NCBI GenBank assembly: GCA_963770895.1
Contig: CAVYRF010000002.1
Location: 2,560,001 to 2,624,000 of the forward strand
Direction of reading: 5' to 3'
Source of the DNA: an uncultured Acidobacteriota bacterium
Lineage (GTDB): Bacteria; Acidobacteriota; Thermoanaerobaculia; Multivoradales; UBA5704
DNA: 64,000 nt
The notes under the pieces were generated by a model. It saw nothing but the letters and a program-made list of their open reading frames with translations, was not told the origin of the DNA and did not search any database. A program made the translations under genes and the position numbers. This document shows, one piece after another, positions 31,477 through 40,274 of the stretch. The first letter of the stretch is position 1. The number at the start of each line of letters is the position of its first letter.

Positions 31477-34338
31477 TCAAGGCTGGTGGGGTGGTGCGGG
31501 TGGTGCGGTGCCGCCGGCGGTCGGGTCCGGTGGCGGTGGCGATGCCGAATGGTCGGCTTCGACCTGGCGCAGGCGCTCTTCGAGGATGTCGTTGGCGCGC
31601 TGCAGCTGGCGCAGGCGCTCCTCCAGGCTCTGGGCGGTGGCGCTGTCGGCGGCGGTTTCCTGCCGCAGCGCGCGCAGGGCGTCCTCGCGGGGATGGCGCT
31701 GCTCGTCCTGGATCTGCGCCTTCAGGCTGCGCTCCAGGGCGGGGATGGCCGCGGGGTCGCCCAGCTCGCCTAGGGCCTGCGGCACCTGCTCACGGATATA
31801 GAAGTCGGGGTCTTCCAGGTAGCCCTCAAGGATCTGCCGCGCCTGGCTGCGCTTTTCGGGGGTGGCGTGCGCGGCATAGCGCGCCAGGGCCAGCATCGCT
31901 TCGCCGCGGCCCAGGCGGGGGCTGCCGTAGCGGGCCAGCTTTTCGGCCTGGACCATGGTCTGGGGAGCGTCCAGGTCGGCGAGCGCCAACAGGGCGGCGC
32001 TCGACACCTGCTGGAGGTAGCTGGTCTGCCGCAACGCCTGCACCAGCATCGGCGCCACCTGCGCGCTGCGGCTGTCGAAATGTCCCAGCGCCGTGGCGGC
32101 GCGAGCGCGGACGGTGTAGCTGGGATCGCTCTCCAGGGCATGGTGCAGCGGCTCGATCAGCTCCACGTGGGCGGCGAAGGCGGCCAGCGAGGCAAAGACC
32201 GCGCCGCGCACCCGCGCGTCGGCATCGGCGGCGCCGCGGCGCAGGGCGGCCAGCGCCGGATCGGTGCCGATGGCGGCGAGCGCGGCGGCGGCGACCTCCC
32301 GCGCCCCGCGGTGGCGGTGGTGCAGGAGCGCCTGGCCCAGCGCCTGGATGGTCGCCGGATCGCTGCCATGGCCGGCGAGCGTCCGCGCCGCCGCCAGGTG
32401 GGCCGCCAGCGGTAGCGGGGCCTGCAGCTGGGCGATCCATTCCGCGGTCGGCTTGTCGAAGTCGAGCGTCTTGAGCAGGACGCCGCGCGGGTCGAAGACC
32501 ACGGTGAGCGGGCGCCTGGCGGCGGCGACGTAGAGCTGCTGCTGGGGCGCGGCCCGCATGTTGACGCGGCGCATCTCCACCCTGCCGTCTTCGCCGATCA
32601 GCGCCAGTTCCACGGGGAAGGAAAACAGGCCGGTCGCGCCGTCCAGCTGCTGCGTCTGGCGCAGCTCGAGGCGGACCAGGCCGCGATCCTGCTGGTAGTC
32701 CCAGCTTGCCTTGAGCTCGGGGTAGCCGGCGCCGTAGACGAACTGATCGAAGAGCGGCCGCAGGTTGACACCCGACACCTCCTCGAAAACCGCTTCCAGG
32801 TCCGCCGAGGTCACGGTGCCGAGCGCGTAGCGGGTCAGGTACAGGTGGATGCCGCGCCGCCAGGCGTCGTCACCCACCATGTCGTGCAGCATGTGCAGGA
32901 CCAGGGCTCCCTTGTCGTAGGTATGGACGTCGAACATCCGGCCGGGATCGACAAAGTACCTGGTGACCAGCGGCCGGCGGTATTTTTCGGCGTCCTCCTG
33001 CAGGTAGCTGGCGCGCGACAGGTCGAGCTTCCAGGCCATCTCGTCGTCGCCCGCGGTCGTTCCCGGCGCCGGCGCCGCGCCGGGTGCGGCTCCTGCGCCG
33101 CCGTGGGCCACGGTGGCTCCCTGGGCCGCGGCGTCGCCCTGGTACTTGTGGTACAGCGCCTCGAAGTACGTCGCCATCCCTTCGTTGAGCCAGGCGTGCT
33201 CCCAGCCGCGGCAGGAGACGTAGTCGCCGAACCACTGGTGCGCCAGCTCGTGGAGGACCAGCTCGTCGCTGGTCGAGTCCAGGGTTGCCGGCCCGTCGCG
33301 CAGGGTGTCGGCCGAGACGGTGGTGGCGGAGATGTTTTCCATGCCGTCCCACATGAAGCCGTAGACCGCCGCCTGGGAGTACTTGGGATAGGGATATGGC
33401 ACGCCGGTCGAGCGCGACAGGAAGTCCATCATGTCGACGGTGTGGGCGAAGCTGCGCGGCGCGCGCTCGGCCAGCGCGCGCGGCACGTAGGCTGCGAGCG
33501 GCACTCCGTGCCAGCTGTCCTCTGTGCGGCTCCATTCGCCGATGACGACCGAGACCAGGTAGGTGAGGTGCGGCTGTTCCATGCTCCAGTGGAAGGTGCG
33601 GCGGCCGTCGGGGCGGTCGATCACTTCCACCAGGCGGCCGTTGCCGATCGCTTCGAGCGGCCGCTCCACGGTGGCCAGCAGCTCGCTGGTGGCGCGATCG
33701 TCGGGTTCGTCCCAGCTGGGGAACCAGTAGCGGTTGAGCTGCGGCTCGCCGTCCGAGAACAGCTCCCAGGGCTGGTCGGGATAGGCGTGGTCGGGGCCGG
33801 TCACGAACAGTCCGGCGCGCGGCGTCGCCGCGTAGTCGATCGCCACTTCCAGCACGTCCTGCGGGCCGTAGGCGCGCGGCAGCTGGACGGTGAGCGTCTG
33901 CGCCGCCGGATCCATCTGGAACGGCAGGTCCGCCGCCACGCCGGCCAGCCGCACGCGCGCGACGTCGAGCTGGGCGGCGTGGAACACCAGGTGGTCGAGG
34001 CCGGGCAGCAGCGGCGAAAGCGTGTTGGTGGTGGTGCCCTGGATGTGCCGCCGCGGCAGGTCGAAAGCCAGGTCGATGCGCACGTGCCGCAGGTGATACA
34101 GGCGGTCGGACAGGTAGTGCGGCGGCTGGTCGGCAGGCGCGAAGAGGCCGCGCGGCGGCGGTGGTGGCGGCGCCGGCGCCGGCCCGCCGGCAGCGGTGGC
34201 GGCGGCGAGGGCGACGACGGCCAGGGCGAGCATCGCCGCCGCCTGCCAGGTTGGCCGGCGTTGCCATGCCGGCCGCATCCGCGCTGCCCACCGCGAGCCT
34301 GGGGCGCCGGCCGGGTCGCTGCCTGGGAGCCGATTCAT
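31477..34338 (-). CDS. M1-family aminopeptidase with C-terminal HEAT repeats, exported
   Basis: GMEN, HELAHQWFGD...WLNEG, YDKGA; HEAT-like repeats; N-terminal signal or TM segment. Confidence 0.92.
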   Translation of the reverse strand: MNRLPGSDPAGAPGSRWAARMRPAWQRRPTWQAAAMLALAVVALAAATAAGGPAPAPPPPPPRGLFAPADQPPHYLSDRLYHLRHVRIDLAFDLPRRHIQGTTTNTLSPLLPGLDHLVFHAAQLDVARVRLAGVAADLPFQMDPAAQTLTVQLPRAYGPQDVLEVAIDYAATPRAGLFVTGPDHAYPDQPWELFSDGEPQLNRYWFPSWDEPDDRATSELLATVERPLEAIGNGRLVEVIDRPDGRRTFHWSMEQPHLTYLVSVVIGEWSRTEDSWHGVPLAAYVPRALAERAPRSFAHTVDMMDFLSRSTGVPYPYPKYSQAAVYGFMWDGMENISATTVSADTLRDGPATLDSTSDELVLHELAHQWFGDYVSCRGWEHAWLNEGMATYFEALYHKYQGDAAAQGATVAHGGAGAAPGAAPAPGTTAGDDEMAWKLDLSRASYLQEDAEKYRRPLVTRYFVDPGRMFDVHTYDKGALVLHMLHDMVGDDAWRRGIHLYLTRYALGTVTSADLEAVFEEVSGVNLRPLFDQFVYGAGYPELKASWDYQQDRGLVRLELRQTQQLDGATGLFSFPVELALIGEDGRVEMRRVNMRAAPQQQLYVAAARRPLTVVFDPRGVLLKTLDFDKPTAEWIAQLQAPLPLAAHLAAARTLAGHGSDPATIQALGQALLHHRHRGAREVAAAALAAIGTDPALAALRRGAADADARVRGAVFASLAAFAAHVELIEPLHHALESDPSYTVRARAATALGHFDSRSAQVAPMLVQALRQTSYLQQVSSAALLALADLDAPQTMVQAEKLARYGSPRLGRGEAMLALARYAAHATPEKRSQARQILEGYLEDPDFYIREQVPQALGELGDPAAIPALERSLKAQIQDEQRHPREDALRALRQETAADSATAQSLEERLRQLQRANDILEERLRQVEADHSASPPPPDPTAGGTAPPAPPHQP

Positions 34339-34344
34339 CGCGGT

Positions 34345-34370
34345 ATCCTATGCCGGCGGCGGGGTAGAAT
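34345..34370. promoter_or_regulatory. Back-to-back -10 elements for divergent, probably leaderless transcripts
   Basis: Minus-strand TAGGAT (34345-34350) is 6 nt before ATG 34338; plus-strand TAGAAT (34365-34370) is 6 nt before ATG 34377. Confidence 0.6.
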
Positions 34371-34376
34371 TTCAGC

Positions 34377-34892
34377 ATGCCTGGCCTTCCCCGCTACCGC
34401 ATCGTCCTTGCCAAAGAGGACTTCAAGTTCTCCGTGGCTCACTTCACCCTTTTCGCCGACGGCCGCGCCGAGCTGCTGCACGGCCATAACTATCTGGTGC
34501 GGGCCGAGCTCGCCGGCACGCGGCTGGACGGCGCCGGGCTGCTGGCCGATCTGGAACGCAGCAAACGCTCGCTGCGGGCGCTGTGCGCGCGGCTCGATTC
34601 GCGCACGCTGCTGCCGGCCGAAAGCGACCGGGTGCAGTGCACCCGGCGCGGCCAGAACGTCGACGTGCGGCTGGACGAGCGCAGCTACACCTTCCCGGCC
34701 GCCGACGTGCTGCTGCTGCCGATCGCCAACACCTCGGTCGAGCTTTTGGCGCACATGCTGTGGCACCAGCTGGCGCCCGAGCTGCGCGGCTCGCTGGTGG
34801 AGACCCTGGGGGTGGCGGTCGAAGAGTCGGCCGGCCAGCGCTGCTGGTATGAGGACCACCTTACAGGCGCACCCCCCGCCCCCGCCAGTTGA
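34377..34892 (+). CDS. 6-pyruvoyl-tetrahydropterin synthase/QueD family protein, PTPS-III-like motif
   Basis: FSVAHF, AELLHGHNY, NTSVELLA, VEE. Glu is present and the canonical Cys is absent before HGH. Confidence 0.85.
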   Translation: MPGLPRYRIVLAKEDFKFSVAHFTLFADGRAELLHGHNYLVRAELAGTRLDGAGLLADLERSKRSLRALCARLDSRTLLPAESDRVQCTRRGQNVDVRLDERSYTFPAADVLLLPIANTSVELLAHMLWHQLAPELRGSLVETLGVAVEESAGQRCWYEDHLTGAPPAPAS

Positions 34893-36030
34893 CCAGGTAG
34901 CCGCGCCGGCTGTCGCGTACGCCGATCGCCAGCACGGCGGCGAGCAGCACGGCATCCAGCGGATAGAGCAGGGCGTACGCCGGCCGGTGGCCGCTGCCGG
35001 CGCGCAGCAACCCCGAGGTGGCGGCGCCGGCGGCCCACAGCAGCGCGGCGCCGGCGGCGCAGCCGGCGACGGCCAGGGCGGCGATCGCCAGGGGCGGCAG
35101 CGCCAGGATCGCCAGCGCGGCCAGCGCGGCGCCGCGGCGCCGCCCAAAGAGGCCGCCCAGGTTGCGCCGCCAGCCGCGGGTGGTTTCGCGCCAGCCGCGG
35201 TACATGCGCACGGAGAGCAGCTGCGGGGCGCGAAAAAACCCGGTGCGGTAGCCGCGGCGCCGCATCTCCACGGCGATCGCCACGTCGTCGAGCGGTTCGG
35301 TGCGCACCGCCGCGAAGCCGCCGCACTCCTCCCAGGCGGTGCGCCGCAGCAGCAGGAACTGCCCGGTGGCGACGGGCGCGCCGCCGTTGGCCGCCACCGC
35401 CCGCCAGTCGCCGAGCAGCGCGTCGAGCAGGGCGAAGACCGGCGGCACCAGCAGGTTCTCCGCCAGGCCGCGGGCCTCTTGCCATCCGGTCAGCGATACG
35501 ACGTCCAGGCGCCCCTGGGCCGCGGCGGCGAGCGCCCGCACCAGCGCCGGCGGCCGCTGGCGGACGTCGGCATCGGTGAGCAGCAGCCACGGCGAGGCAA
35601 CCCCCTGGGCGCCGACCCGCATGGCGTGTACCTTGCCCAGCCAGCCGTCCGGCAGCGGCCCGGCCGCGATCACCGAGAGGCGCGGTTCGGCGGCGGCCAG
35701 GGCGGCGGCAATCTCCGCCGTGCCGTCGTTCGAGCTGTCGTCCACGATCCGCACCGGCGGCTGTCCGGCCAGCCCCAGCAGCGCTTCGGCACAGGCGCGC
35801 ACGTTGATCGCCTCGTTGCGCACCGGCAGCAGCACGGTGACCGCGGTGGGGGCGTAGAGCTCGCGGGTGGCGGCCTGGTCGCCCGCGTCGTCTGGCGTGG
35901 CCGGATCTCCGGCACCGGTGGGCGCGCCGTCCGGCAGCGCTGGCGCGGACCGGCGGCGCTCCTCGATGCCGAGGCCGATCCCCAGCAAGGCGCCGCCGCC
36001 CAGCAGGGCGGCCGCGATCCACAAGCTCAA
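34861..36030 (-). CDS. GT2 glycosyltransferase, membrane-bound (HpnB/CrtQ-like)
   Basis: PVRNEA, VDDSSNDGT, LPDGWLGK, LLTDAD, GQFLL, DDV, VRMY, C-terminal TMs and WRGR; TTG start. Confidence 0.88.
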   Translation of the reverse strand: MSLWIAAALLGGGALLGIGLGIEERRRSAPALPDGAPTGAGDPATPDDAGDQAATRELYAPTAVTVLLPVRNEAINVRACAEALLGLAGQPPVRIVDDSSNDGTAEIAAALAAAEPRLSVIAAGPLPDGWLGKVHAMRVGAQGVASPWLLLTDADVRQRPPALVRALAAAAQGRLDVVSLTGWQEARGLAENLLVPPVFALLDALLGDWRAVAANGGAPVATGQFLLLRRTAWEECGGFAAVRTEPLDDVAIAVEMRRRGYRTGFFRAPQLLSVRMYRGWRETTRGWRRNLGGLFGRRRGAALAALAILALPPLAIAALAVAGCAAGAALLWAAGAATSGLLRAGSGHRPAYALLYPLDAVLLAAVLAIGVRDSRRGYLVNWRGRGVRL

Positions 36031-36100
36031 GGGGCGCCGGCCCCGCGGCGGGTGGACGGCGGAGCCGGCGCCGCGGACGCCGCGGACGGGACGGGTGCTC

Positions 36101-36361
36101 TCATGGCGGCGCCTGGGGGGCGCCGGGCAGGTGAGCGGCGATGGCGTTTTCGACTTCGCCGGCGGCCGGAAAGCGGCCGGCCCGCTTCTTCGAGAACACC
36201 AGATCGCCGTCGACGGTCACCTCGAAGACGCCGCCGCTGCCCTTCACGAGCTGTGGACGAAGGCCGAAGTTTTTTTCCAGCTGGTCCGCCAGACCGGCGG
36301 CTCGCGGAAGGTAGTTTCAAACGACGCAGTACTCGATCGTGACCTTGGGTAGATTTGCCAT
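36101..36361 (-). CDS. Rdx/SelW-SelT-SelH family selenoprotein (CxxU), 86 aa, absent from the ORF track
   Basis: MANLPKVTIEYCVV-U(TGA 36317-36319)-NYLPRAAGLADQLEKNFGLRPQLVKGSGGVFEVTVDGDLVFSKKRAGRFP... The family motifs IEYCxxU.Y..RA, GVFEV and FSK...GRFP are all in one frame across the TGA. Confidence 0.9.
36286..36316 (-). promoter_or_regulatory. Bacterial SECIS-like hairpin
   Basis: CCGCC-GGUCU-GGCGG, with the apical loop 21 nt after the UGA. The GGUC loop resembles the E. coli fdhF SECIS apical loop. Confidence 0.7.
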
Positions 36362-36494
36362 GCGCCTGATTCTACGGTGTTTTGCGGCAGCCGGATGCAT
36401 CCTTCAACATGCGTGAAATTATTGCATGGCTGCCGCGTGTTTCCTTTTTAGTGCTCGCGGCGACCCAAGCGGGACAAGTTCTTCGAAAAAAGTC

Positions 36495-36522
36495 TTGCAA
36501 CTGCCAGCGAATGGAGTACAAT
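36495..36522 (+). promoter_or_regulatory. Sigma70-type promoter upstream of the ArsR-family gene
   Basis: TTGCAA, 16-nt spacer, TACAAT, in an AT-richer intergenic region. Confidence 0.55.
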
Positions 36523-36679
36523 CGAGATTGTTCAAGAGCGGGCCGCTGACCAGGAAGGCTCTGGTAACGTCCCAAGTAGGGCACAAAAAAGGCCAAAGTT
36601 GGCCCAGGTAACGCACCGAACGATGCGCCTTGGGCCAGTTTAGGATGGGGAAGTAAATAACTGGTTGGAGGAAACCAAA

Positions 36680-37027
36680 ATGAAAGGCGAAGCGCCCAGC
36701 ATGTCTCAGAAGGAAATGGCCCAGATCCGACAGAATCTCGAAGGCACCCCGGACATCGAGGAAGCGGCCGAGTTGATGAACCTCGCCGGCAACTCGACCC
36801 GCCTCAAGCTGCTGTACCTGCTTGAGAACATGAAGGAGCTGTGCGTGTGCGACCTCGCCGAGATGCTCGGCGTTTCGGTCTCCGCGGTTTCGCAGCACCT
36901 TGCCAAGCTGAAGGCCTATGGCCTGGTCGCGCCGCGCCGCGACGCGCAGACCATTTACTACCGCCTTACCGATCACGCCTTCAACGCCAAGCTGCGGGAC
37001 AACTTCTTCCGTCAGTTCCAGGTTTAA
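36680..37027 (+). CDS. ArsR/SmtB-family transcriptional regulator
   Basis: GGAGG SD; TRLKLL, ELCVCDLA, SAVSQHLAKLK..GLV..RR....IYY. Confidence 0.92.
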   Translation: MKGEAPSMSQKEMAQIRQNLEGTPDIEEAAELMNLAGNSTRLKLLYLLENMKELCVCDLAEMLGVSVSAVSQHLAKLKAYGLVAPRRDAQTIYYRLTDHAFNAKLRDNFFRQFQV

Positions 37028-37211
37028 GGCCACGTGTAGGGCCACGAGCGTCGGGCCGCGCCCCCCGGCGTCGTTCGCAGCGGTTGGCGAACAAGGCGGT
37101 CAGTTGTTCTGGCCGCCTTTCGTGTATTCAGGGGGCTGAAAACCCCGGCCCCACCCCCGGCGATGGCTGCGCATCGGCTACAATGCGGCGCCACAAGGGG
37201 GAATCAAATCC

Positions 37212-37928
37212 ATGAACCATCACCCGCGTCCGACCTTCACCTACCTGGGCCATGCGACCGTGCGTTGCGACCTGCCCGGCGGCGAAGTGGTGTTGATCGA
37301 TCCCTGGGTGATGGGCAACCCGGCGTGCCCCAAGGAGCACGCCGACTTCGAGCGCATCGACGCGATGCTCATCACCCATGCCCATTCGGACCACATGGCG
37401 GACGCCGTGGAGCTTGCCAAGCGCCATCGGCCGCGCCACGTGGCGACCATGTTCGAGCTGGCCGTCTGGCTCCAGGGCAAGGGCGTCGAAAATACCATCG
37501 GGCTCAATCTTGGCGGCTGCACGGATGTGCTCGGCCTGACGGTGACGATGGTGCGCGCCGACCATTCCAGCGCCATCGTCGACGACGGTCAGATCATCTA
37601 CGGCGGCTCGGCGGGCGGCTTCGTGGTCAAGCTGCCCGGTGGCTTCACCTTCTACCACGCGGGCGACACCGCCCTCTTTTCGGACATGCAGCTGATCGCC
37701 GAGATCTACCGGCCCGAACTGGCCTTTCTGCCCATCGGCGACCTGTACACCATGGACCCGCCGCAGGCGGCCCGCGCCTGCCGCTACCTGAACGTCCGCA
37801 AGGTGGTGCCGATCCACTACGGCACCTTCCCCGCCCTCACCGGCACGCCGGACCAGCTGGTCAAGGCGCTCGACGACCTGGGCGTCACCTGCGAAGTGAT
37901 CGCCCTGCGTCCGGGCGAAAAGTACTAG
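37212..37928 (+). CDS. UPF0173-like metal-dependent hydrolase (MBL fold)
   Basis: YLGHAT, IDPW, THAHSDH, ADHSS, YHAGDT, LPIGD.YTM, PIHYGTFP. Confidence 0.9.
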   Translation: MNHHPRPTFTYLGHATVRCDLPGGEVVLIDPWVMGNPACPKEHADFERIDAMLITHAHSDHMADAVELAKRHRPRHVATMFELAVWLQGKGVENTIGLNLGGCTDVLGLTVTMVRADHSSAIVDDGQIIYGGSAGGFVVKLPGGFTFYHAGDTALFSDMQLIAEIYRPELAFLPIGDLYTMDPPQAARACRYLNVRKVVPIHYGTFPALTGTPDQLVKALDDLGVTCEVIALRPGEKY

Positions 37929-37949
37929 GCGAAAGGTACTGGTGCCCCA

Positions 37950-38924
37950 CTAGCCCAGCCCGGCGCGCAGGCCGAACCAGCGGGCGCGCAGCAGCAGGCC
38001 GACGCGGGTGGCGGTGCCCAGGTGGGGCGGCGCGTGCAGCAGCCTGGGGCCGGCCTCCTCGATCTCCGACAGCAGGCGGAGCGCGGCGAGCAGCGCGTAG
38101 ACTCCGGCGCGGCGGTAGGCGGCCGGCAGCTCGACCAGGCCGCGCGGCGCGCGCAGCAGGCGCGGCCGCAGCCGGGCGCACTCGCGTTCGATCGCGGCCG
38201 GCACGGCCTCCTGGTCGCTGGGCAGCGGCGAGCGGCCGCTGGCCGTCGCCCTGGCCAGACCCTGCAGGGCGCGCAGCCGGATCAGCGCGCCGACGAAGCT
38301 GTTGACCTCCGCGTTCAGGCGGTTCTCCAGCAGGGCGCCCGCCACCGCGTGCGCCAGGCCGCGCGCCTCGCTTTCCGCCTCCGCGGCGGTCGCCGCCCGC
38401 GGCCGCAGCACCCGGCGCCGGGCGCACGCGGCCAGCTCGTCCAGAGTGCCGGCCGGCCAGCGGCGGCGGGCGTTCTCACCTGCCATGCGCAGACAGATCA
38501 GCGGCACGTCCGCGGGGCCCTCGCCGGCGGCCAGCGACCGCTCAAGCGCCGCCTCCCAGCGGTCGACCGCCGCCAGACGGTCGCCGTCCGGCCCAGCCTG
38601 GTGCGCGCAGTCGAGCAGCGACCTGGCATAGACCACAAGAGTCCGCACCCGCGCGCGCTCCGTCGCCGGCAGCAGCAGCAGGCCGGGCGCGAAGTCGCCC
38701 AGCAGCTCGCGGGTGCTTTCGGCGCAGAGGGCGTCGCCGTCGCCCTGGTCCGCTGCGGTCTGCGGTTGCGCCGGCGGCTCGGCCGCGAGCGGCAGCAGGC
38801 GCCCGTGGGTGCTCTGCTCCAGCAGGTCGCCGCGCCAGCGCGGGTCGGTGGGATGGTGCTCGCGGATCGCCAGGGTGAGGGGCGGCGGCTCCGCCGCGGC
38901 CGGGGGCCGCGCGGGGTCCGCCAT
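37950..38924 (-). CDS. Divergent squalene/phytoene synthase-like protein lacking Asp-rich motifs
   Basis: DFAPGLLLLP..R.....YAR, RLAAVDRWEAAL and a C-terminal LSEIE..G...L..PP pattern follow the HpnC/CrtB layout. TGATG overlap with the upstream peptidase gene. Confidence 0.55.
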   Translation of the reverse strand: MADPARPPAAAEPPPLTLAIREHHPTDPRWRGDLLEQSTHGRLLPLAAEPPAQPQTAADQGDGDALCAESTRELLGDFAPGLLLLPATERARVRTLVVYARSLLDCAHQAGPDGDRLAAVDRWEAALERSLAAGEGPADVPLICLRMAGENARRRWPAGTLDELAACARRRVLRPRAATAAEAESEARGLAHAVAGALLENRLNAEVNSFVGALIRLRALQGLARATASGRSPLPSDQEAVPAAIERECARLRPRLLRAPRGLVELPAAYRRAGVYALLAALRLLSEIEEAGPRLLHAPPHLGTATRVGLLLRARWFGLRAGLG

Positions 38925-40183
38925 CACAGCAAGCGCAGCAGCTCGCGCTGCGGCGGGCCGCCGGTCACCTCGACCCGCGCCGAAGTCGCCGCCGCCGCGC
39001 CGGCCGTCGCGCCGGTGCCGGCCGCGCTGCCGCCATGCGCGGCATCCTCCGCGGGAGCCAGGGCGACGTTGATCTCGCTGCGCACGCCGAAATCGCCGGT
39101 GAGGTAGATGCCGGGCTCGATCGAGAAGCCGGTCATCGGCAGCAGCCGGCGGGTGTCGTGGGTTTCCAGGTTGTCCATGTTGGCGCCCGGACCGTGGTCC
39201 GAGATGCCGATGGAGTGGCCGGTGCGGTGGATGAAGCGCTCGCCGTAGCCGGCGCTCTGGATGACCTGGCGCGCCGCGTCGTCCACCTCCCAGCCGTGCA
39301 CGGGCTGCCGCGGGAAGCGGCTGCGCACCAGCGCGAGCGCCGCGTCGCGCGCCGCGGCGACGTGGCCGAAGACCTGGGCGTGCGCATCGCTCGGCGACGG
39401 CGCGCAGACCCCGCACCAGGTGATGTCGGCGTACACGCTGTGCGCCGGACGCTCCTTGGCCCACAGGTCGATGAGCAGGAAGTCGCCGCGCCGGATGGGC
39501 GCCGAGGTGCCGGCGCTCGGCTGGTAGTGGGGATCGGCGCTGTGGGCGTTGACGCCGACGATGGGCGGGCTTTCGCTCCACAGCCCGGCCTGTTCGAAGG
39601 CGTCCAGGATGCCGCGCTGCACGGTGTATTCGTCCAGCTCGTCGCCGCGCGCCAGGGCCGCGGCGACGCGGCCGAACGCGGCGTGCACGATGGCGTGCAG
39701 GTGGGTGGCGGCGCGGCGGTGGCCGGCGAGCTGCTCGGGGGTCCAGATGGCGGCGAAGCGCTGCGCCAGGTCTGCTGCCGAACGCAGCTCGACGCCCGCC
39801 GCGCGCAGCAGGTCGGCGGTCCCCGCGTCCAGGCGCGAGATCGACGGCAGCTCGTTGTCGGGGCTGTATTGCGCCGCCAGCCGGCGGTGCCCCGCGACCA
39901 GCTGCCGCAGCCGCTCGCGATGCTCCTGCCAGGTCAGATAGACCGCGGTGTCGCCCGGCAGCTGGTCCAGCATCGCCGGTTCCAGCGCATGCACCAGCTT
40001 GTGCGCCTGGCCGTGGCGCGTGATCAGGTAGTAGCAGCGGCGGGTGAGGAGCTTGCCGGCCGCGGTCAACCCCAGCAGATCCAGGCCCACCGGATCGTTC
40101 TGCTGGAAGCAGGCAAAGAACCAACCGTCCAGGTCCGCTTCGTCCAGCGCCGTCGCGATCTCCGTCATCCGGTCGGCCAGCAT
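38924..40183 (-). CDS. M24-family (Xaa-Pro) peptidase
   Basis: ADPHY, LIDLWAK, YADIT, FIHRTGHSIG, FSIEPGIY, GVRSE. Confidence 0.9.
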   Translation of the reverse strand: MLADRMTEIATALDEADLDGWFFACFQQNDPVGLDLLGLTAAGKLLTRRCYYLITRHGQAHKLVHALEPAMLDQLPGDTAVYLTWQEHRERLRQLVAGHRRLAAQYSPDNELPSISRLDAGTADLLRAAGVELRSAADLAQRFAAIWTPEQLAGHRRAATHLHAIVHAAFGRVAAALARGDELDEYTVQRGILDAFEQAGLWSESPPIVGVNAHSADPHYQPSAGTSAPIRRGDFLLIDLWAKERPAHSVYADITWCGVCAPSPSDAHAQVFGHVAAARDAALALVRSRFPRQPVHGWEVDDAARQVIQSAGYGERFIHRTGHSIGISDHGPGANMDNLETHDTRRLLPMTGFSIEPGIYLTGDFGVRSEINVALAPAEDAAHGGSAAGTGATAGAAAATSARVEVTGGPPQRELLRLL

Positions 40184-40274
40184 GCGCAATCCCCCTTGAC
40201 CCGGATGCTATCAGAGGCCCCCCGGGGCGGTGGGCTGGTGGCCCGCCCGCCGCCGCCCCAGGGTGTGTCGACGA

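Noticed and set aside
36030-36120. Selenoprotein-glycosyltransferase fusion
   Set aside because: The frames differ as sequenced. A fusion would need one base fewer in the G6 run at 36115-36120, and the Rdx domain ends normally at the TGA at 36101-36103.
38925-40124. 724-aa track ORF 37950-40124
   Set aside because: Its upstream part is an off-frame overlap with the M24 peptidase. The plausible start is ATG 38924.
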